From Yuukianura sp. NJ FZ-2021 (Eukaryota), in NCBI GenBank assembly GCA_046563655.1, contig CM102283.1, positions 2,356,001-2,420,000 on the forward strand: a DNA stretch of 64,000 bases, in the 5' to 3' direction. A model generated the notes under the pieces. It was not told where the DNA came from, searched no databases, and was given only the letters and a program-made list of their open reading frames with translations. Shown one piece after another: positions 54,905-64,000 of this stretch. Each line of letters opens with the position of its first letter. Positions within the stretch are counted from its first letter, which is position 1. Position numbers and translations under genes: made by a program.

Positions 54905-55912
54905 CCGTAAATGCTCTAATGCAAGCGCGTATTCTAATATAAGCGCATACTCTAATGCAAGCGCGGTTTGAGCGGGGGCAAATTGCGATATAAGCGCGGT
55001 AGCTAACTTGAGTTTAAAACAGAGCCTAGAGTAAAGTAACATCATCTGTTTAACTTCTATATTGCTAATTTGATTCAAATCAAATTGTAGCACTTAAATA
55101 CGAGTTTTAAAAATGGTGAAACCTAAACGATGATCGTTTGATCTCAGTTTTAACTTAAAAGTGGTTCAGTACGCTTCTACTAATAATACCACACGGATGG
55201 TACCGCATCTCACTTCGGAATACACCGAAAATAAGTCTTCAGTTGGCTGAAGCAAATGGATACAATCGGTAAAAATTTGACTAACTTTGGGTTACGACTC
55301 GTGAATTGATTAGCATTTGCTGTATTTAAGTTGCTGCCACAAAATGCCACATTAGAACCACAACGAAAGAACACTTAAAACAGTTTAACACTCTAAAACT
55401 GCCGTAATTCCTGGAGGCTGTACCAAGTTCATTCAGGCGTCGGACGTTTGCTGGAACAAACCAGTCAAAGACAAACTGCGCGAGCAGTTCGAACAATGGA
55501 TGAATTCAGGGACTAAGTTTTACACAAAAGGCGGAAATCTCAAGGTTCCTTCGAAGGAAGTTATGATTTGCTGGGTCATTGCAGCGTGGAATGGAATTTC
55601 AAGTGACCAAATCAAAGAATCGTTTGTAAAAGATGTTCGAATCCATCAATCTAGAAGAAGAGGAAGATCCAGAAGAGGAAGAAAAAAACGAAATCGTCAT
55701 TTTGGAATCTGACAGTGATGGCAAAGACTCTGAAATGGAGCACCTTGAAAGCTTTGAAGAAACAAGCAACGACGAAGGGGATCACTATTAATTGAATTTA
55801 GGCTCACTTAAAACTTATTAATTATTCCGGTAATAAATAGTGTTCTAATAGAGGCGCGTCCGAAAGGTCGAAAATTCTTATAAGCGGCGCGCTTATATTA
55901 GAGCATTTACGG
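54905..55912 (+). mobile_element. Internally deleted pogo-family DNA transposon
   Basis: TA-flanked 16-bp perfect TIR ccgtaaatgctctaat; transposase remnants with stops at the N-terminus and IPGGCTKFIQASDVCWNKPVK..TKGGNLKVPS..WVIAAW. Confidence 0.85.
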
Positions 55913-56103
55913 TATGAATTTTCAGTGTTTTGGATTTCCAAATGATTGTATTGTGTATGTGCATGGATTCCATATGTATGAATTTCCATACAATGGAAAT
56001 GAGTTTGAATGGATGAAAAACTTTGGGGATTAGGCCATTCAAAAGTGATCACCTTTTGCTTCAACTTTTTCTACACCCATAGTTGTAAACGTAACGTAAC
56101 TGT

Positions 56104-56400
56104 CTTCCGGAAGATTCTTCAAATGAAGCCGTCTTCCGGCTTCATTCTTCCGACTTCCGGAAGTTTTGAAGACGGAAGCCCGGAAGACCAAATATTCTTT
56201 GGAAGCCGGAAGCTGGAAGCCTGGAAGACAAAAGAATCTGTGGAAGCCGGAGGCTGGAAGCCTGGAAGACAAGAGAATCTTTGGAAGCCAGAGGTCGGAA
56301 GCCGTGAAGACAAAACCTTCTCTGGAAGCCGGAGGTCGGAAGACAAAATATCCTCCGGAAGCCGGAAGATTGCAATACAAAGCATCCTCTGGAAGCCAAA
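56104..56400. repeat. GGAAGCC/CTTCC-rich short-unit repeat tract
   Basis: Many ggaagccgga(a/g) and gaagacaa units; produces spurious ORFs in several frames. Confidence 0.7.
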
Positions 56401-58105
56401 CCAAAACCAGCTTTCCGTAGGAGTTTTAAATGACTTTGCATTAATTAGAAATATAAAACATACCTCTGGGATCCACAGGCTGTGGTGGTAGTGGTGGTAG
56501 CGGCGGGGGCGGCGGAGGCGGCTGTCGCGGTGGGGTTGGAAGTGGTAGAGGGGGTAGGGGTGGAGGCATCTTATACGTCATTTCTGTGTAAAATTAAACT
56601 GTAACACAAGAATTAACTCAACAGAAAAGAAAAAAAACCAAGAAAATAAACATAATTGTGAACTAAATCGGAGTCAAAAAAAAAAACTTCCATGATTTTG
56701 CTTTTAAAAATTGTAAAAAAAGAAATATATTCTTTTCTTATTATATTTTAGTGATCGTGGATCCATTGGGTGGTTTCCAAACAATAGGTGAAGAAAAATA
56801 GATGCTTTGGCTAAAGATTAAAGAATACATTTGTACGACGATTACAACAATTGCACAACACACAAATCTGTACTAAGAGTATGATATTACTTTAAAAACG
56901 TACACAAATTAACAGAATATGTACGAAAAATTTTAAAATTATAACAAATACTGCCAGAAAAACGTTGTAGCCTATTTTAAGTTCAACATCATCGTCATCG
57001 TTTGTTTTATTTCCGTGTCGTAAGAGTCTCTAATTTAATAACAAAAAAAAGCACTTCGTGCTAATACAGAGAAGTTTGTATAAGTATGCAAAAATTTCAT
57101 TTCAGGTAACTTTTTGTTTGGAAATACGAAACAACGAACCAACGAAACATTATAAACAATTCACAAAACGTTAAATAGTAAAAACTAAGTGATAAATTAG
57201 GTCGTTTGTTGGGTGTATCCATCGTCGAAAGGCGGAGACAGTCATGGGACTGACATTACATACCACACCTCCGAAGTTTTCCAACTAAAAGAAGAGTCCC
57301 CAGTTGCGCAACGCAGCAGCATGTGAAGTTAACTGTGTGAACAGTAGACTTTATTAAGGAAAACATGTAAATCAGTTCCAGCAACAGTTTCAAGCTATGA
57401 GCCGGATGAGTAGAACCAAATCCAGCCGTAATAGATATTATTTTACGTTATGTAGCAGAAAAAAAATTAACGAATTCAGATGAATTTAAACAAAAGTTAC
57501 CCGCCGAAATTGTAGTAGTCCGTAAATCCGTGTCTGGAGTGACTAGAAAAGCGTCGCTCGACTCTCTCGACCGGGAGAAATGATCCTTCATCAAAAAAGA
57601 AAACACAATGCCATTGCTGGCTATCATTGTTTCATTGAAAATTGGACGTCAAAAACAAATAAACAAGGAAACCAATAGTCATCGCTGATTCAACCAGGTA
57701 TTAAATTTCCAAACGTTAAACGGGAAAGCCAGGAAGAAGGAAAGCAGGCCCGCAGCTTGAATATCCTAAGAATAATCTTAAGGAGAGACAGGAGGTCAAT
57801 AAAAATAACGCCAAAGAATGGTTTATAGACATGGCAACGACTGAGAATTGAGAATTTACAACTACGTAAGCACGAAAAACCCCGAACGGGTGGATTCTTT
57901 ACGATTGAAATTTTGCACAACTCAGGCAAACTCGCGAATCACTGCGTTAAATTTCAAATTTGAGAAACGTTTGCGTTTTTTCTAAAACTGCCAGACGAAG
58001 TGGATGAGCCATTTCTTAGCCTCAACTCTCAGGTTGCCCCAACTCTTGGTGACGTAATACGAAATTGTAAATTGTAAACAAGAAATTCGTGAACTCTGAC
58101 CCAAT

Positions 58106-58423
58106 CTTCTGGTGCATTTCCTGTATGATTGGTTAGGCGCTCAAAAAACTACGACCACACTTTCCGCATTAGCAGACGCTGATCAGCAAAACATCGGACA
58201 ACTAGGTGACGAAAAGAGTATCCTTCGCCCAGAAAACCTAGTTTTTCTGGATTTTCCGGAGGATTTCAGAAACATTTTCCGGAAAACTTAAGTTTTCTGG
58301 ACGAAGGGCACTGTTTTCGTCACCTAGTTGTCCGATGTTTTGATCATCATCGTGTGCTAATGCGAAAAGTGTGGTCGTAGTTTTTTGAGCGCCTAACCAA
58401 TCTTACAGGAGATGCACCAGAAG
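58106..58423. repeat. Long foldback palindrome (~318 bp, ~140-bp arms)
   Basis: cttctggtgcat..gattggttaggcgctcaaaaaactacgaccacactt..aaaacatcggacaactaggtgacgaaaa is mirrored on the right arm with few mismatches. Confidence 0.9.
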
Positions 58424-58661
58424 TCTTATGGGAAATTGCGTTGAAGCGAATCTGTCTATCCTAATCTTAAACCCAAATAAGAGTACGTCACCATAGTCAC
58501 CAAACCTCGTGTTGTTCACTTTCGAAAAATCTAAAACTTTCAATTTTGAATTTCAGAGATTTGTTTTGATTTAAAAAACAAGAAGTTTTCCAAGGTAAAT
58601 AGAATACTACTATAGGTAGTGCGAATGGAAAATTTGTTTGGTTGCCATGTGGAAAAAAAAA

Positions 58662-58800
58662 TGACGTCACCCGCTGAAAATACCGGAATTCTGCCAATTA
58701 TTGGTGGTGTCCTATAGAAACCCGTAAGACACATCTTGTTTACATAAATGCCAGCGGGTTCCAATTTCACAATTACGGTATTTTTCAGCTGGTGACGTCA
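58662..58800. repeat. ~29-bp inverted repeat bounded by TGACGTCA (MITE-like)
   Basis: tgacgtcacccgctgaaaataccggaatt / aattacggtatttttcagctggtgacgtca. Confidence 0.55.
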
Positions 58801-60033
58801 CAAACAAAAAATTGCATTGGTTGCTATGGGCGCCATTTGCAGGGGGCTGGAAGTTTTCAAAATGTTTTATTTGGAATAAATGATGGTTTTTCTTCTTTTA
58901 AAAATCGAAAGAAAAGACAAAGAGATAAGTGATATAATGTTTCATCAATTTTTTTTATTACATTCTGCTCCAACTTTGGACGTTTTCATAATTACTTTTT
59001 TGTTTTTACTTATAATTTTCTTCTTCCCTTGTCTGTAGTCCACCTCAAAACTTATTCAAATATGGAAGAAGTTGTGTGGCTACAATTTTTGTTTTCTTCG
59101 CTTCCAAGCTAAAGCTACCAAGCTGCTGAGAAAACCAGACTAATTTTTTATGGATGTTGTAAATTAAGTAATTAATTAACCTTAAACTTAATGTTGACTT
59201 TCACTTGTCCTTCCAGTTGTACAGTTCAAGTTTCCGGAAGTATAGGAAGTTTTTTCTTAACTTAACAATCTCGGCTGCCTGCAAGCTTTGTTTTTAGTAA
59301 AGACAAATTGACGCACGACAAGAAAGCTGCTGCGACACTTGAACAATCTTAAACTTAGATTGAGAATCGTTTCTTCTCCTTTTTGACTCTTCCATTTTTC
59401 CGCCTTCTTTCGTTTTTATGAAATACAAACATTAATTTCATGGCTCCCAAAGTACATAAATAATTGTTAACTAATTACTTCAATTTTTGTTAACATTTAA
59501 CTTAACTTTCCACCAAAAAACTCCTCCCTAACACTGAGACTAGACTTCCGAGGCAGATTTGCTTTACCTTTTTAACAATAATTTGTGGCTCAACTTGTAA
59601 TACTAAACAATGGAGGAGTCAATAACGTAGCGGAGAAGGGCAGTTTTCATTCTGCAATAATTTTAAAGCGCTCCATTCGTTTCGAAAGATTTCGAAAAAA
59701 CTTAACTTTTCGAAGAAACTAAATTTTCCAAACGTTTTTTTTTTTTGTTCTCCTAGCTCGAAAATCTTTAACAACTTTTGATTTGAGCTGCCGCCTTAAA
59801 AACACAGAGCTGAGATTACATTATTCCTTTTGTCCGGGATCACGGAAGTTGTTGATTGTTTGTTACATTTGATCGAAACTGGCGCCTAAAACTAAAAACT
59901 TGAGTGAACTTGATGTTTTGATTCCAAGGATTTCAGTTTGAGTTGTTTGAACTTTCCGCTAACGATGGCAATGGCCAGCAGAGGTCACTGACCTCTCTGC
60001 TACTTTGAGTGTGTCGTACTTGAACTACTGTTG

Positions 60034-62543
60034 CTACATGAACTGCCTTGGTGCTGGTGACGAGCCAGAGTCGGCGGATGCGTCGTCGTCAGACAAGAGG
60101 ATTGAGAGGAAGCTGATTGTTGCTGAAGTTGATGAATTTCATCAGAATGGAATGAAATGGACATGCCGGAATCCAGGGATCCACAACTTCCACGCCTTAC
60201 GGGTTTACCTACTGCAAAATTTCAAAAATCTCGTTACTTTGTGAATATGTTGGTTACTTTTCAAAAAGTGGAAGATAAACTTACATTGGTCAGTGATATC
60301 CAAAAGGGAGTTGCTCAGTCGTTTAAGTTTTCCTACATCCACACCCGAATCTCTGTTTTCTTTCGAAAGTGCCTCAATTCGAATCATTTCGTCCGATTCA
60401 GCAATGGCTTCACGCAAGTCCTCTGCAAACTTTGCCCGATCATGTTCATTCCGAGCGTTGAGATTGAGTAGAACAGCGTCCCCACGCTTGAGACACATTC
60501 CATAGTCGTAGTACTGATTTGTGAACAGGAGCAGAGAGATTCCTGCCAGCGGATAACTTTGGCGAAACGAGTAGGTCACGGAATTCCGCTTTTTGTGAAA
60601 AATTTTGGTCAACACGAGAATGTCATTGAAGAGAAAGACTTCACGCTGATGAGAACCCGATTTTTCCTTTTTGTTGATATCAGCAATTTCATACAAGCGA
60701 CAGTAGCAAACCAGTCGCCGATGTGGAAGGGCCAAATTCTACAAATTGAAACCAGAAAACCGTGAAACGATCGATTTTTTCAAAATTTACTTCAAATTTT
60801 TCATTTTTTGAAATTGAACAACTCACCGGCTTCTTTCCAACAATTGTCTGTTGAACTTTCATGACTTGAGTCACGTGGTCAGATCCAGTACGAAATTCAG
60901 TCTGTTTAATCCTCTCGTAAATGCTTACTAAAATGTCTCTCTCAATGTCACCTCCGTCGTCAATTCCGCGCAGATTTTTGATAAAATCTTCCATCTTCAT
61001 GCGTCGATCTTGCTTGAGATGTGGTGTATGAAGATCCGTGTTTAGCATGATAATAGCAAAAGCCAAAACAAACACTGTGTCTGCTCCGTTGCGAAATTGC
61101 GATCTGGAAGATCAAAAACCAAGCAAAATGTTAAATCAAGTTTCAAACGTTCGTTTCGTTTCTGGAGGACATGAAAACAGCTTGAAAAATTTAATTAAGC
61201 AAAAGTAAACTTTGACTCTCAGAGAAAGTTTCGAATCAAAGCGTCTGTTGAATTTGTTTTCTTTTTGAAGTTTACACAAGCACAAAAAAACTTTTGAAAA
61301 AAAAACAGGCGTATTTTTTCAACAATCTTGTGAACGATTAGAGTTGCGTCTCACAACGTCTTTGCACCATGCCAACAAAAACAAACCCAGCATGCGAGCT
61401 TAAATGTAGAATTTTTTTTTGAAATAGAACGAAAGAAATTTTTGAAATCGAACCAAAAACAAATTTTTGAAATGAAAACAGTATCTTTTTTTAACTTACA
61501 TAACATGTGGATTGCAGACAGCATATCTACGACTAAACGTCTCCATGATACGTTCAATTTTTTGAGCCTCTCCGGGCATGCGCAGAAAACTCTGGAATCT
61601 TCTGAGGGAAAGGTCAATCGGTAGACTTGACAGGTCAATTTCATTGGCAAAGTGTTCAAGACATGCAAGGGAGAAAGGACTCTGCAGATTGGCCAAATAT
61701 TCTCCAATCATCTGCTTGCTGAGCCCTTTGCGTGAAATGAGGAACCTGGCCACCGAGGACGAAGTACCCTCCAGAAACTTCTTCTTGACCAAATAGGAAA
61801 TGCCCGTTTCCGGTTTCTTGTTAAACAGATTGAGTCCTACTCGGTAGAGTCTTTTGCGAATAATCTCACATTCAGCGTCTGACATTTGGCGTGGCAGGGT
61901 CCCTGACCCTTGATGTACTGGCTGCTGCACTTTCTGGATAGAATTTGACCCTGGAGAGGAGCCATTACTAGAAGAAATCTGTGTAGGGGATGACGAGGAC
62001 ATGGAATTGTTAGGTGAGCCCTTGGGTTGACCTGCTGCGTACTTGGAATTGCTGAGGACGGTTGGGTTTGGACTGGACCCTTGATGATGCTGGTGGGAGT
62101 AGCTATGTGGATGCTGGTGCTGATGCTGGAAGTACTGCTGCTGGGAGTTGTTGAGCTGCTGCAACTGTTGCTGGTGGTAGGCATGTAGATGCTGGAGAGG
62201 AATGCCACAGTATTGGTTTCCATTTGGGGCTAACGGAAGACGACTAGAAGTGAGTAGTGACGAAGGGTCGGTTGAAGGAGGGCCCTTTGAGCTTTGGATC
62301 TGTGACTGTGCGGAATGACTTGAGTGATGATGGAGTTGTGGACTCCACTGGGGATGATGCCCGTTAGGGTAGTGCTTCAAATGCTCTGGACATTCAAGGG
62401 CGTCTGAGTTGTCTCCGAGGTCAGGACAGGGTGACCTTGACAGTTCTCCTGAATGGATTGAGTCTTCTTCCTCATCTCCAACCAAAATCTCTTCTTCGTG
62501 AGCATCTTCACCGCCATTCTCCAAGTCAACACATATCGTGTAG
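60034..62543 (-). CDS. IQSEC: IQSEC/BRAG-family Arf-GEF (schizo/loner-like), Sec7 plus PH domains; 5' exons not identified in window
   Basis: [88 protein letters not shown]. Confidence 0.92.
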
Positions 62544-63672
62544 CTGAAAAAAATCAAAAATGACAAAAATGAAAAAACAAAAATCACAATTTTTGAAAAA
62601 ACCAAAGTGAATTAACTTAAGCATCCTTCCGCTAAAAATCTCTGCCAAAAACTAAAAACTTGTCCTTTGGGACTAAAAACTAAAAACATGTCACATGACA
62701 TTTGATAGGTACTGTACAACAAATTTTTAACATAAGTAGTTGGCTCTAACTATGTTTCCTTAACAGACAGCGCCAAGGTTTAAAAATGCAATATGTTTGG
62801 ACACCGTAAGGTATTATTGACGTCACAAAAATAAACCCCGGGGATTGGGATACGCTTCACTCCGAAACCTCGGTTCTCAACTTTTTCCCATTCATTTTTC
62901 AAGGACGATGGACAGGAAAAAGCACTTTGGAGTCCTTTCACCGGGAGTTACTACTCCAACTCTTTTAAGAACGTGCCTGAGAAAGCGCACTTTTTATTAA
63001 ACGTACGCTTACTGATCACCATCTCCAGTCACGAACTGACCAAAATAGTTTGGCCCTCACACAATTCCATTTCCTACGTTAACCTAACCTAAAAAAGTCT
63101 CACATCCTAGTTGGCTGGACAAACAAAACGGTTCTCATTCCGCCCCAACAGCCATCACGTTCAAGGAAAAACTATGAAAATTGAAAAGAAAACTCCTTGA
63201 AAACCAAAAACGTTCGTTTTTTAAAAATTCGTGCCGGAAAAGTCTGCTGTGGGTTCGAATCCTGGCTTCCTCGACTGTCTTATATAAAAATAAAGTGGAT
63301 CGACCACTTTCTCCAATTAATTTCAGTTTGCACTACCAAAAGACTGCGCCTGCGCTGGTCAGCCTGCAACCTGCAGGCTACCACACGGTGTCTAATGGGG
63401 GGCTTTACTGCAAAAGTGTATCAAAACATTTTATAGACAATAAGAATAGTATGCTTCATTTCCTTATTGCACTAATGAGTGCAAATGTTGAGTTTTGCAA
63501 CACTTTTTGTGTAAAAGCCCCGAGCGCTTGCCCCCATCTTTTTGTGTAAGAGGTAATGGGCGAGAACATTATGACCTTGGTGGACAAGTAACGTTAGCAG
63601 TACCAGTGTGAACTTAGGAATTGGACTTCATGGAACTTGGTGGTTTTGACTTTTGAGTCATCAGTTTATACA

Positions 63673-64000
63673 ATGCAAGGAATCAAGTGTGTCGTGGTAG
63701 GTGATGGGTAAGTAATATTAGAAAAACACAAGTTAAAAAAATCAAGTTAACCGTGTGTAAGATTGTTTCCATTTTTCAATAGGAATGTTGGTAAAACATG
63801 TCTCGTCATTACGTACAAATGCAATTACTTTCCAACAGAATGTGTACCGACAGTTTTCGACAATTGCTCGACCAATGTCACGGTGAATGGAAAAGAAATT
63901 GATCTTGAACTTTGCGATGCGGCTGGTCAAGAAGAATTTGGCAGATTTCGACCTCTGTTCTATCCACAGACAGACGTTTTTCTCATTTGCTTTAGTTTAG
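63673..64000 (+). CDS. Divergent Rac/Cdc42-like Rho-family GTPase, runs off the window end
   Basis: Exons 63673-63707 and 63783 onward: [48 protein letters not shown]. Confidence 0.9.

Noticed and set aside
56009-56491. Five overlapping ORFs of 84-160 aa
   Set aside because: Generated by a stop-poor GGAAGCC repeat tract.
63250-63265. GGTTCGAATCC B-box suggesting a tRNA gene
   Set aside because: No D-arm, anticodon arm or acceptor stem can be folded around it.

Overview
Gene-dense eukaryotic genomic DNA with short GT-AG introns; gene content (EcKL kinase, schizo/IQSEC, Nhe3-like) points to an arthropod, possibly a springtail (inference). About 19 host protein-coding genes: a fungal-type ThiD-TenA (THI20-like) fusion, a multipass membrane protein, EcKL kinase, Bcl-2 family, HACD, MRNIP, DCAF13, FAM162, MIX23/CCDC58, PSMB7, a DOMON-cytochrome b561 protein, ANO10, two paralogous C2H2 zinc-finger genes from a local duplication, an endosomal Na+/H+ exchanger, SMCR8, a SIAH-like RING protein, IQSEC (partial) and a divergent Rac-like GTPase (partial). 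Mobile DNA includes an intact intron-containing DD41D transposase, pogo remnants, Helitron/Helentron-type non-autonomous elements and foldback elements. Best leads: (1) an 8-exon thiamine-salvage gene of apparent non-animal origin whose long first intron holds a candidate poison exon in competing stems; (2) MRNIP and HACD ORFs only 20 nt apart, apparently sharing one transcription unit; (3) perfect AGGTCA-n-TGACCT palindromes packed into tiny introns; (4) a Helitron-bounded duplication with reciprocal decay; (5) a Rac-like protein with a natural Y40C change. All exon models were spliced by eye; no database searches were run.
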